Of a stretch of 64,000 bases of DNA, positions 27,232 to 40,769 are shown piece after piece. Below the pieces are notes generated by a model. The model saw only the letters and a program-made list of their open reading frames with translations. It did no database searches and was not told the DNA's origin. The DNA lies in NCBI RefSeq assembly GCF_000181795.1, contig NW_003526941.1, positions 9,182,692 through 9,246,691 on the forward strand, in the 5' to 3' direction. A program made the position numbers and the translations under genes. Numbering within the stretch: position 1 is the first letter of the stretch; each line of letters begins with the position of its first letter. The DNA is from Trichinella spiralis. Its lineage: Eukaryota.

Positions 27232-30200
27232 ATGGAATCTGCGGATGAAATTGAAATTGATTACGCTAAACTGCTAATTGCTCAGAATCGGAAAAACAAA
27301 AGCTCCGGAGGTTTTCAAGCAATGGGTACAAAGCTTATTACTGGAGAATGATATATTGTTAATAATTCAGAATATTTTCTTCTTCCTCTTAGGTTTGGAT
27401 CACAATGTATTTAAAGGCATCATGAAAAAGGGTTACAAAATTCCTACCCCTATACAGCGTAAAGTATGTAGAATATTTTTATCTTGTCAGTTTTTCGTTG
27501 CTTGCTTTGTTTGAACAGAACACAACTTTTAACAGACAATTCCGATTATCTTGAACGGAAAAGATGTCGTTGCTATGGCTCGTACAGGCAGCGGAAAGAC
27601 TGCAGCTTTTCTAATTCCAATGTTTGTCAAATTGAAGATGCGTGATCCATCTGCAGGCGTTCGAGCAATGATAATTTCTCCGACGAGAGAATTAGCATTG
27701 CAAACTTTTAAATTTCTTAAAGAAGTAGTAATTTGTCATTTATGTTTGCCAGTTTCATTCACATTTATTTTAGCTTGGCAAATTTACCGGCTTACGAGCT
27801 TCGGTAATTATAGGCGGAGATAGGTAGATTAATTTTTTTAATTTACATCCTAACTTATTTCAATGCTGTCGAACGTTTCAATTCTCATTTCAGTATGGAA
27901 GATCAGTTTGCTGCGATACATGAAAACCCAGACGTGTAAGTTCAATTGTCAAAATGGAAAACACAATTCATGTTAATGTGAATTGTAGTGTAATCGCTAC
28001 TCCTGGTAGATTGCTTCATCTTATCGTAGAAATGAATCTCTCTTTGAAATCAGTAAACTACGTTGTTTTCGATGAAGCAGATAGGTAGGTATAATGTTAC
28101 CATTAGTTACGTTATATGAATGAATTTTCTTATCCTGTGAAGAAGTGTTTAACATGTCAGTTTAATAGACTTTTTGAAATGGGTTTTGAAGAACAGCTCA
28201 GAGAAGTGCTGAAACGACTACCACCAGACCGTCAGACCCTACTGTTTTCAGCTACACTGCCCAAATCGTTGGTCGATTTCACACGAGCTGGTCTCCGTCA
28301 TCCAACTTTAATCCGTTTGGATGTCGATTCAAAACTGAGTGACAAACTCAAGGTAAGCAAGCATATTGCCTTGTTTTCTTTTCTTTTCTTTTCTTTTCTT
28401 CAAATTATTATAATATAGTTGACTCATTTGTTCTGTCGACGTGAAGACAAGTTGGGCATTTTGCTTTCGATTCTCGGCGACAGATCGCTGATCGAAGAAA
28501 ATTCACTGACGTTGATTTTCTGCGCTACGAAGCATTATGTTGAATTTTTACACGCTGTACTGGAATATTTCAACTTCAAATGCGCCTGCTTGTACAGTTC
28601 AATGGATTCAGAGGCAAGGCGAGTGAACGTTGAAAAATTCCACCGCAAGCAAATCAACATTTTGATTGTAACCGACTTGGCCGCCCGGGGTGTGGACATT
28701 CCACTGTTGGACAACGTGATCAATTTCCACTTTCCGGCAAAGGCGAAATTGTTCGTCCATCGCGTCGGTAATGTCGTTTGATTTGGCATTTCTGTTAGAC
28801 TATTTTTTCAAATTTCCCAGGTCGTGCGGCAAGGGCTGGTCGTCATGGTCACGCGATCAGCTTCATCAGCACCGATGAATATGCCTACCTGTTGGATTTG
28901 TACCTTTTCTTGGGACGTTCGTTGCAATTTTCCACGAGCGGAACTTGTGCCGACGGTAAAACTTTCCACACATCCACAACATTAGCATAATTTCATTCGC
29001 ATTTTATTTATTGTCCAGTTGGAGATCTGATCGGTACAGTACCGCAGCGGCGTGTCGACGACGAGAACCGCACCATTGCTTTGTTGTTGAATACCACCAA
29101 TTTAGATTTGGTAATTTCATTTTGCATGAATTTGCATATGTAATTTTGTTTGAGAAAAAGTAAAATAGAATAAAAATAAAAATAAAATTTCATTTTAGGA
29201 ATCTCTTCAGAAAGTAGCCGAAAACTCGTACAAACATTACACTCGTTCCCGACCGACCAGCAGTGCTGAAAGCGTGCGTCGGGCTAAAGCTGAAACTCGT
29301 CTGAACAATTTACCGAATCATCCTGCTATGGGTGAATTTGAAATGATAATTATAATTGTTGTTATTATTAATATTCAAATGTTCAGCAGCAGTTGGATTT
29401 GGATGTGAAAAATTGGAACGGGAAAAGGACATCCTTTTGGCGAATATAAAGTGCTTTCGTCCGCAGACGGTTCGTTCGCGTCGAGAATTATTCGACGTCA
29501 ATTTGTGTGTGTGTGTGATAAAAACAAATTTGCATATTATTCAGACAGTATTCGAGTTGAACGCGAAAAGTAGCGACTTGCAGTGGCAAGTGATGAAAGC
29601 GAAGCGACGGGTTCATCAGAAAAAAATTGACCAAAGCAAAGCGGCAACAGTTGCAGAAATGAACGCTGCGTCGAATGAAGAAGATCATCCACTTCAACAA
29701 CACGTTGATGCTCATGCGAACGATCCTGTAGACTTTACGGTTGTCAATTATGAAATATGATATTATATTTATATTATGTTAATTTTTCTTTCATCAGGGA
29801 GTGTTTAGTGAGAAAATTGAATCAAAGTTTTCAGAAAGGGCTACAGAATCGGTACTTTCGCATAAGAAGAAAAAAAAGAAGACTCAAAATCAGAAAACGA
29901 CCGTGAAAGAAGAAGAAAAAAAGGAACAGTTTTTCATTCCATACGTTCCGTCAGATTTGCATTCCGAGCAAGGGTATATACATATGAAATTAAAATGAAA
30001 ATTTCTTCTTCTTATACATATACAAAATATACTCAGATTATCGATTGAAAATAATTTCACATCTGAACTCGGTTCGGCTGTGATCGATTTCATGGACGAT
30101 GAAGTGGAAAAAATGCAACGCAGAAATCAAAAAACTAAATGGTCAGTTAGTTTATAAAAAGAAAAAAAATTTTTTTTTCTTTTTGAATTATTAATATTGA

Positions 30201-30694
30201 AATGTTGCTGCTTGTATTGTCAACATCCAGGGATCGGAAGAGGAAAAAGTTCGTCAACGCTTGTGACGAGGACAACAAGAAACGAAGCTCGAAAAAGATC
30301 AAAACGGAAAGTGGCGTTTGGATACCGGCCTCGTACAAAACCGACCTTTACGACAGTTGGAAAAAGAAGCTGCGCATGAAAGCTGTCCAAGGTGACGTTG
30401 ATCAACAAGAGAACACTGAAAAGCGATTGAAATTTTTCCGTCGAAATCGTCACGGTAAATAACATAAATAAATAAATAAATAAGAGTATTGTTTATTGCT
30501 AGTAAACGTTTTTTTTACTTTCAGCTAAAGGGAGAAAAGGTGTGGCCAGTGGTGGTGGTGGTAGAAGACCCGTGAAAAGTGAATTGAAATCCAAAATGCA
30601 AATAATCAAACAACATGTGGAAAGTGAACACCGAAGGAAGAGAAATGGAAAACAATTGACCAATGAAAAGAAGCAGAAGAAGAAGAAGAAATAA
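27232..30694 (+). CDS. DDX54: ATP-dependent DEAD-box RNA helicase DDX54/Dbp10; many short introns
   Basis: Contains '[11 protein letters not shown]', Q motif [29 protein letters not shown] (about 28068-28084), [13 protein letters not shown] and HRVGRAARAG, plus the Dbp10 C-terminal 'WDRKRKKFV...[24 protein letters not shown]'. Lys-rich end with TAA at 30694. Confidence 0.93.
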
Positions 30695-31475
30695 TTATTT
30701 ATAGAATAATTTGTTGCCTGTCGAATTAATAATAAATCGAAATTTTTGCTTTCCAAATCACTATGAGAAAGCAGAAAAATTTGTCGAACAGCAGCAGCAG
30801 CAGCAGCAACACGTAAAAGTATAAAAATTGTCGATCAATCGTCGTAAATTTTTGATAAATTGATAAAATTGTTGTTGAAAAGTGTCGATAAAAAGCAGAA
30901 GCAGTTGGTATGGAAATTTCACTTTCAGCAAAACCCAATAAAAAGAAGACAATAACAACAACAACAACAACAACAACAGCAACCACAGTCAGCGTGGAAA
31001 AATGTTCCCAAAAGTTGGTCATTTGTCAACAGTAACAGTTACTTGTGTTGATTGTTCACACAAATATTTCAAATAATGCAAAACTGATATACGAAAGAAC
31101 AGAAAAATATATAATATATATTTATATATACATGTATATAAATAGATATGTCGATGATGAATATGATTAAATTGGCAACAGTTGACGTGAAGCAGCAGCA
31201 GCCGCTTGATTATTGTTCGGCAACTGTTAAGCAAAACGCCCGCGCAAAAAGGTAGTCTTGCATTATAATTTGCAAAGAGAGAAGAAGAAGAAGAACAAGT
31301 GTGCGCTCGCGTTCAATCATACATACTTCCTCTTGCCCCTGCTTGGGTTTAATACTGGCAATTTTATCATCTATATCGAGCTGATTTTAAATTTTCAATC
31401 ATTTTAAAATTTTGCCACCTTCTAGCTCGTTGGGTCGAGTGCTGTTGTTCTGAACAATCGACAAGAAGAAGAAAT

Positions 31476-33242
31476 ATGCTATTCACCGTTCGTTTCGTTC
31501 TCCTCTTTGCCTGCCTGCACCATTACAATTTGAATGGTTTGGTTTTGAAAGGTGAGCAGAGAAAACAAACATATCCACCATCACCACCACCCTTCCCCAA
31601 TGTCCACTACATCCACCTGTGCATATTATGTAATGTAATTTGTAGATCAACCTTCGACGACAAAAGCTGGCAGCGTTTATGAAAAACTGCTCGAAAACGC
31701 TGTACAAAATGTGCGTGCCCAAACTGAATGGCTCACCGCGAACGTCACCGACATTATAGAAAAATTGAAATTTACCTTCTCGAATCAGGTAACAAAATAA
31801 TTCTCTGCTCTGCTTGTTTGTTCACAGTTTTGCATATGAAAATTTCAACGTTTCGAAGGATTTGGATGACAAAACGAAAAATTTCAAAATTGATATAAAT
31901 GATAAGAATAAAGATGAAATGGGAACGATTGATTTGATGTTGGCAAAAGTACGTGAACAACTTTCATCAATATACAAACAATTGGAAATGGATCAAGGCG
32001 TCGGCAAAGCGGCGAGCAATGTTTGGGAATTTCTCAAAGAGAAGTTCGGTATGGTAATTATTTGCTAACTACTTTATATATATATATATATATTGTTCAC
32101 TTATTTCATATATGTGAAGTATATGAAAGTTTGATCTGATCTCTGCACGAACCAACTAGTATTAACTTCAATTCAAAATTTAACATCCATATTAACAAAC
32201 AATTTGAATAAAATGTTTAAATTCAAAAACAACATCTGTGTGCTGTTCTTGTAGCAAGCATGATTAACTACCCGCTGTTCGGTCACAACATCCCCACAGC
32301 TCAACTTCCAAGCTACTTGTTCAACAGCATGTACGACCGAACGAAAAATGCTTGTCAATATTTCAAGAATAGGCTCAGTTTACCGTTGAAATTTATAAAC
32401 GAACGATTGTTGAATAAATTAACCGATAGTGATACAGATTTGCAGGCAAAAAGCCTGAACATCTCGTTGGACAATCTGAAAGAGCAGAGTGAAAAATTCT
32501 ACGCCAACGTCATTACGCCTCAAGTTGAAGAAAATGTGATGCAACGTATAAACAGCATGTGGCAACAAGTCTACGACGAGATGTCGAATGTGAAGACAAT
32601 TTTGAGCAACAAAGAGCAACTGTCGAAAGCGTTGGAAACACTGAAAGCGAATATTACCGACAAAAGTGCAAAGCACAATATCAATTTATAAATCAATGAA
32701 TAAATATACAGTTTTGATCGTTGTTTCAGGTCCTGAATCTGTGAAAACGATCATCAACGAACTGACTAAAGGTGGTAGTAGTGGTAAGTTCTTTATCACA
32801 AATTTAAAAAAACAGAAACAAAAATTTACCACAAATTATGCATAAATTTGACTGTGGGTTGTAATGAATTTGGTTGAGAAATATTCAAACGTGCTCACAT
32901 AGTTATATTTGGAGAAAATCATTGTAATTTCAGGTTCAAACACGAAAAATATCAAATACTAATCATATTTATTTTATTTTTATAAAAGAAACTGAAAAAA
33001 TAGTATTGAAAAACAATAGTTAAATAATGATAATAATTCTAGTTAAATGTGGTCAACAGATAGACAAGTTAACAGTAAGAGGTGGGAGTGAGACTTGTTT
33101 TTGCATTTTTCTTTTTAAAACATTTGCCCATTTAGAAAAGCAAAACCTGATGAACCTGATTTCTATAGCCGTTGGCAAGCGTTGGGCAGAGCTTATGGAA
33201 CATCCTGAAGAGATTGCAAAGCTGTTGAAAATGTCCAATTAA
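31476..33242 (+). CDS. Uncharacterised secreted, predominantly helical protein; about 6 exons
   Basis: Hydrophobic leader MLFTVRFVLLFACLHH. Phase-compatible exons about 31476-31551, 31646-31788, 31859-32048, 32255-32665, 32730-32782 and 33169-33242. No family recognised. Confidence 0.6.
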
Positions 33243-33718
33243 TTAAATTCTCCTTTCGATAAAAAAAACATTATTTCATACACCACTATACACGCAAAAA
33301 GATGTAGTTGATTATATTTTGAGAAAAATTATTCGACAAAAACCGATCTATTCGATACGATTTAAATAAATTAGAAATAATATTTATGAAAATGTGTTTT
33401 CGCGTTATCTGCATTTACATTTGCATCGAAATAAACGATTTGGATATGTTCTAGTAAGACAGTTGTTGAATCAACCAATTTACAGTATAATGAAAATTAA
33501 CCAGCAGGTACAAATGAAATGCCGCAAGCTGAGAAAATGGAAAAAAGGCAGACCGGTTGTAGTGAGTAATCAGGTTGACAGCAACTTGTATGCCGCTAGT
33601 TGCATTAGAACAGCAAACGGAAGAACAGTGAAGAGGTTGTCAAATCTTTCTCTTTTGACGAAGAGTTGATAATCTTTTCAAAATAAAGAAAAATAAATAT
33701 ATTATCTATTCAAATTCT

Positions 33719-35604
33719 ATGGATTGGTATTCAGTTTTTCTTTTTCTACTTTTCGTGTACCTTTCTCAGAGTTCATCAGCAAGACGTCCACCTAATCCAG
33801 CAACTGCCACCATCAATGGAGGTAATATTATTTTGTTACTCATTTAAATTAAACTCACTATTATTATTATCATTACAATGTATGCTATAAAATCAAGAAT
33901 ACGGGCATAATGGAAGAGTGGAAAACGTCTATCTCCTTCTTTATTAATAATAATTATAATACAAAGTTTGACTGACTATCAGAAAGGAGAAAATTCGTGT
34001 AGAGGTCAATGAAGAAAGCACTTTCCATTTTCTCATTGAACTGTTCATTACCTGTTGCATCACATGCATCTTATAGCCTACTATTTGCTTTGAAATTTGT
34101 AATCACATTAATAATAATAATGATAATAATTCGGTCTGTGAAATAAGTACACGTCCCAATTTTTAAGTTCTAATTTTATGATAAACTTCAGATTTCATCA
34201 ATTCATCTAATAATATTATTATTATTGTGCACAAAAAAGATAAAAAAATAATATCATGTAAAATTCCAATCATCTAAAGTTGACTGTTTTCAAATTTCTT
34301 TCAAAAATTTCACCATCGAAGAAGTTGTAATTTTCTCAATAACATTAACCTATTATTTCTTAAAATTTAATGACACCTATAGAGACTACTGGTTTATGCA
34401 CGTAATGCTTTGGGGAAACAAAAAAAATAGCAGGAAGAAATAAATAACAAGAAATTGTAAAATATTAAGTTGCGCTTTCAAAAACATCTCGGAAAAACTG
34501 TAAATATACGCATAAGAAAAAAAATATGTATTGACTGTAGAATATACAGTGTAAATAGAAAATGGAAGATGGTTGCTGTCAAAGAATGAAGGAGATTAAA
34601 AACAGTCACATGAGAAATTACACTTTCCACACTTTCCATATGCGCATATACTGATAGGATCATTCGATTGAATGCCAGGGTCATAAACCTACATATGTAC
34701 GTATAAACGCACGCATGCACTCGCAGATTCGAAATGACGCAACAAGCAAGTAGATAGGAAATAAATTTAAACCAAGTTTGTTGTTGTTTGTTTGTTCGTG
34801 AAATTATAAAATTGGATATTATTGAAAATGAATTTGCCATTTTATAAAGGTACAAGCAATGATTTGTTTGGTCAAATTGGCGACCTGGTGGGCAATGTGA
34901 TGACCCAATTTGGCGCCAGTCAGTACCGTCCGGCGTTCAACGTGGCGGTCTGTGAGTCGGATGATATTGAATGCGAATATTGGAAATGCGTCATGGACAA
35001 CATACGCAACAGTCCGCAAATAGCCAACTTGAAAACCAGCAGCAAGATCCTCTTCGACCCGGAACTGAGGCACATCTTTGCCACCAACCCTGAATTGCTC
35101 GAAGCCGGCTGCAAGTCGAGCAACACGCCGGATTTCCAATGCAACTTGTTCAGAAATTTGTTGCAAATTGTCGACAACGCCGCCACCAATGTCCAAAGAC
35201 CCACCTCCGTCACGGGCAACCGCAACCGTGGGCGTGCGGATCACACGGGCGAGAACAACGGGAAACTGCCCAAAACAGCTTTGCAACTGCAACAACAACA
35301 GGGCACGTTGGATTTTGAAGATTTCGACAACCACGCCCGCATGCGCAACAGGCGTGGCACCGACGACTACAGCGACTATTACGACAACAAGCCCGACAAA
35401 GTGAACAATTTTCGCACCATTCACAACGGCAGAGGCAATAACAGAGGCGGTCGTGTCGGTGGACCTTCGTCCAATTTATTCGGCTCCACAACGAACAATG
35501 GCAACGGCTATCAGCCACGCGACTGTGACGCCATCCTATTGCAAAAGTATACCCGTCGTGGAACCCTGCGTAGGCGTATTCTCTTGAAAACACCCGCACC
35601 CTGA
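33719..35604 (+). CDS. Uncharacterised secreted protein with Cys-containing helical domain and low-complexity N/G/R-rich tail; 2 exons
   Basis: Exon 1 33719-33821 encodes signal peptide MDWYSVFLFLLFVYLSQSSSA-RRPP and ends G|gtaat. Exon 2 follows an aag acceptor at 34850, is in frame with ORF 34822..35604 and has GC-rich coding bias. Confidence 0.75.
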
Positions 35605-38463
35605 GTCATTTCCATCCGTTTGTTACTTTTGATTTCTTGCTTTTCAAACAATTTTCTCACGCTAATGACAAATTATATTTATTTACAGTTTTGTTGTGGA
35701 ACGAGAGAAAGATTGAGCAAAAACAAAAAAAAATTTTTTTTTCTTTCAAAAGCTGAAGAAAGCATAAAAGCACACAGCCGGTAGGAAGCTCATAAAAACA
35801 ACCTTTTGTATTCTTGTTTATTATTATTTAAAAGTGTCGTTTGTTGTTTTGATCAATCAATGCTTGTTTCTTATATAGCATTTTAGCAGTGGTTGTTCCA
35901 ACTAATTTCGATATAAATTATTATTCTTTAACAGAAATGCAAAAATACCAAAATTTCAAATCAAATACCATTTTTAAATATTTTCATAGTCACAATTAAA
36001 ATAAACGAAACCCAACCTCAAAAACGAACGGCAAATAATAACTAAACCACATATACACACACACATTTAAACAGTCATTTTAAAGTAGCTTTCACTTCAG
36101 TACGTTTTTATCAACTAGAAAAACAAGTAATCACTGAACGGTATAAAATATAAACTGGTTAAGCATGAAAACAACATTAATAATAATAATAATATGTTCA
36201 CCGCAGTGAAAGCGACAATTAAAAAGTAAACTTATTTAAAGAAAGCGTAAAAAACTGAACAAGCAAAATGTTCATTTGCCGTCGAAAAACCTGGATTCTC
36301 TCTTGTATAAGCAGAAGAAAAGATTCACATTACAAGTCACATTATTCATTCAACAGTATTATAAATAATAATTGAAAAAGAAAAATAACACTAATCATGT
36401 ATTTTTAAGAAAAATTCACACATACGATTGAAATTTAAATTCTAACAAAAACAGGGAAAATTTGGAATAAAATTTATTGAACAGAAACGCATTTTAAAAT
36501 TTATTCAAAATCCATTAAATGCTAATTTGAAGATGAATAATTTTACAAATGTAAACAGAACAATTAAATTAAAATTTTCATTCATTCACTAATTTAATTC
36601 AATTTCGAACATCTGTCAAAATATTGTTAATCTTAGTTTGAAGAAAAACTTTCCAAATAACAACAAATCATCGACAACCTCTGAAACTTTAAAATTATTA
36701 CAAAAATTGATTTTCAAGTTGAATCATTCAACTAGTCGAGTGATTTTGATCAAAACAATGTCACAAAGTATAAATCTGTATTAATACATAAAATGCGAAA
36801 TATTCCATTTATAATATTTGCCATTTTCTCATAATTCTCATTCAACTTCAAAAAATGCTCATTTTCATCATGAATATACGAATAAATGCTCCACTGCCAA
36901 TTCAGAATTATTGTTTCATTTATAAATTTAAAATAAATTAATTGTTCGTATCGCACAAGAGTACGGCAGCAACAGCTGCTGCCGCTGCTGAACGAGTAAA
37001 ATATTGCCTCAATTTAAAACTTGACACATTGCGCAACATCATTGTCACTAAATTTCTAAAAGCTAAGCCAGCCAAAAATATAAATATATGCAAAAAATAG
37101 CGTTTAATATATTTCCCTTACTTGAAAACAAAATCAGCTTTAGCCACTTGAAACACAGAGAACAATTTTGACTTGGAAACAAACAGTCTGCTCACAGTGA
37201 ATGATTTACACTTTTTTTCCTTTGCTGTACAAATTTTAAACAGTAAAAAATGTCGTATTTTTCATAATACATGTTTAAAAAAGAGAAAAAGTTTAAACAA
37301 CCGTACTGTATATCTCTTTGAAGCGGAATTGAAAATGACAAAAAGCAAACTATTGTATTGCATTTGGCAACAACGTTATATAGAAGCAAAAGAGAAAAGA
37401 AAAAACGGTTTCACCTTCACGTCAATTATTGTCAAAAAAAATTAAATGTTAAAGAAGAGTATCATCAAACCAAACACTAAACCTTATGCACCAATATTAT
37501 GCCTTTTATATAGGATGATTCATATTCATATATACCTAATCAGTCGTTGCTTTGTATTTTAAATTAAATCAAATACATCGTCAAGCTTTTTGTATGCATT
37601 TCATTGCTTTAAATAAATAAATAAATAAATATGTGTATATGTATAATTTTTTGTTTTTTTAAATTCTTTTCAATGCCAACATCACTAGTTCGCCTACATC
37701 TTCACAACAGAAGGACAAATCGCTTCCAAATTCAACGGAAGCTACCATTTCACATTTCAAAAAGAAGGACATTGTTGAGGATTTTTCTCGATTCTTGATT
37801 ACCATCGTTATTAATTAATTTATACCAGAACAAGAAAAGAACTCCCACGTGAAATGGATACACTTTAAAACAACGAGGAGAAACGCAAGAGGTGATTTCT
37901 TGTACAGCTGACACAAATTTCAATGCTAAAATGTGTCGATACCGGCTTTGGCAATGATGAATTTCATTTTCCCACAGAGGGCGTGGTTGATGGTACAGTT
38001 TATAGTAGAAATGAGAAGATGATGATGGTGATTGAGAGATGCAGTCAGTTAGTGTTGGAAAAAGTCAGAAGCAAGTGAACAGAAAGCGCAGACAAGAAAA
38101 GAAAGCTAATAATCAGTCAGCATCCAGTCAACTGATCAATCAGAAAGTTTCCATTGTGAAAGTGAATTGAGTTCACTGATAAAGTTGTTCAAAATCAGCA
38201 AAAGCGGCAGTGGCAGCCTGATTGGAAAAAGTAAAATAATAAATAAAAAAAAGCCGGACGATTATTTAACAATTGTGCACATTCTGAAGGCAAGCCAGTG
38301 CACTCACTCACTACTCATCTAACAACGGCTAGCAACAACATCGGCCAGCCAGCTGTCTGCTTTACGTTGATCATTGCCATCGTCGAAACACACTTTTTCA
38401 CACCAAGCCCTGGGGTTTAGCATTCTCTCTCACCGCTAGCTGCTGCTGCGAATATTGACAATA

Positions 38464-40769
38464 ATGCATTCCATTGTTCTACTGTTGCATCTCGCGTTGT
38501 TTACGGTCATCTACGGCAGACCAGCTGTTGACGATTTCGAACATATCCCAGGTAATGAGATCAATTTGAATACGCGCATTCGTCGTTCTTGCATTGATTC
38601 TCGTTTTCAACGAATATACCTTCCAACCCAGGTATACCAGAAACTAGATTGCTAGATTGGACAAAATTTTTGTTCGCCGAAGATGGTATTGTTACGTCGT
38701 TGACAAATATTGCCAAAAATCCCACCAGCGTCAGTTTCCTATCTTCCGCTGATCGGAACAGAAAACGAAAATTTGGTGGTAAGGAAAATATTTTTCTTAT
38801 CATTTCCCCACTGTAAGAATACTATCCATTCGAAATGAATCATTCGTCGTCCATCCGTCCATAGTGCACAGCCCGTCCTAGAACAGCACGAGCAATTTGC
38901 AAACGTCTATATGGAACAGTGATTGTGAGTAATTTTCCAAAATCGCGCACCACTGACGATCAGGACCAATGACACTGTTTTGCACTTTTGCCAATAGCAA
39001 TTTTAATATTTTGCAATAATGAATTTTTCTTCGATTTCTATTCAAATAAACCCAACTGGGAAGAGGATGGGAAAAGGGCCATTTTTTAGCCATAACATCT
39101 TTACTGACAAAAAATTCCAAGTTCAAAAACCTCCCAGCCTTCACGCAAGTTCTAAATTCTCGCTGCTCCATTTCACCCGCGCCAAAATTGTACAGCTGCT
39201 AAAAACGAGACGGCCAATTTCCGCATCCAGGCCAAACGGCATCAGCTTCATCTACGTTGGCGAATTAATGTTTGTTGTACACACTGTTTTTCCTTTCACT
39301 CCACCCTTCCCCCTATCGCCACAATTTCACTTTACAATTTTCCCTTCAAAAATGCAAATCTCGTTTTTCTTTTCCACCGACAGTTGAGCTGATCAATAAT
39401 TATAAATTAATGAATCAAAAATAGTTTTAAACTTTTTTTTACATACAAAAATTCAGGTCAAAAATGAAAACTGTTTCTGCTTGTCGACCTATATTTTTCA
39501 GCATACGAGACTGGGTGATTCAGGTGAATGAACACCAATATATTGTCGGCTTTCACTAGTTTACAGCCGCTGAAATTTTGTTTTAAAAAATGAAAAAAAC
39601 TGAAAGTGAAACGAACACGACACGTGAGCCATTTTGGTGCACTGAATTTTTGGTAGATGAATTCATATTCAACCCGTTGCGAAGCAGAAAACAATGCTGA
39701 GACCAAAAGAACACAAAGCAAAACAAAATAAAACAAAAATCACTTACCTTCTTCAAATTTCTTTAGAGGATTGTAGTCGACAAGAAAGGATGTGAACCAT
39801 GAATAATGACGATAATTTTAGAATAAAAAACAAACTTTCGGATTCTTCTCAGCCTGATTCTAAAAGAATACATACTACTTATTAATAATAATATCATTGA
39901 AAAGTATTATTTCTATGAGAAAACCAATAATAGCTTCGGTTATAAATTAATTTGTAAAGTATTTTTTAACAAGAAAAAGTTTTTTTCCAGGAAATTTTGA
40001 TTTGAATTCGCTGTTCAAAAATTTCGGTATCAACTTGCAGCCTCAGAATAGTGGCATTTTTGATTTTTTCGACATGTTCGACTTGTCGAAAATGGGCCTT
40101 TGCAATCGTGAAACTTGCGGCGATTTGTACAAGCTTTTCGACAAAATTCGCAGCAGTGATTTTGTGCTCAATTTGAAAACGCTGTTCGCATTGCTGAAAG
40201 ACGAAGAAGGTTTGGACTTGTTGAAAGCTATGCTGGCCAATCCGGAGATGCTGAAGACGTTCATGGGCGGAGCAGGAGACGGTGACAAGCCGGAAATTGC
40301 GTTCGTGGTCGACAAAAACGGCAAGCCAATAGCGAACGACTACGACGACTACTACTTCGACGGTTCGGTCGGCCCAAAGCCGACGCCCAACATCCAACAA
40401 GACGACACGCTGACCATCACCAGACCACACCAGGATGTGGCAATTCCGTATGCAATCAACGCTACGTCGGATGAGCAGGACGAATTTTTGGAAACCATCA
40501 CGACCAATTCAACATCAACCACCACCACTACTACTGCCCAAGAGAACAACGGAGACGAGCCGCCAAAAATTCGCCAACCCGCAGATTATTATGCTTTCTA
40601 TTATGACGCTGAACCGGAAATTCAAAAAGACGACAACACTATCAAAAGAGCAGAAATTGTCCAAATTGACGATCTGTCAACAGGGCAATTGAACATCACC
40701 TCAACGCTGGATGATGGACTTAGTGATGTGGAGAAGGTTTTACAAAACACAACCGCCGCAGTTGTATAA
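38464..40769 (+). CDS. Secreted mucin-like protein (Cys/helical domain + Thr/Asp-rich tail), possibly OSM-8-like; 3 exons
   Basis: Signal peptide MHSIVLLLHLALFTVIYG-RP. Exons 38464-38551, 38632-38778 and 39991-40769 have all phase-1 junctions that join in frame. Contains 'CNRETCGDLYKLFDKIRSS...NPEML' and a poly-Thr stretch. The OSM-8 resemblance is from memory and unverified. Confidence 0.75.
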
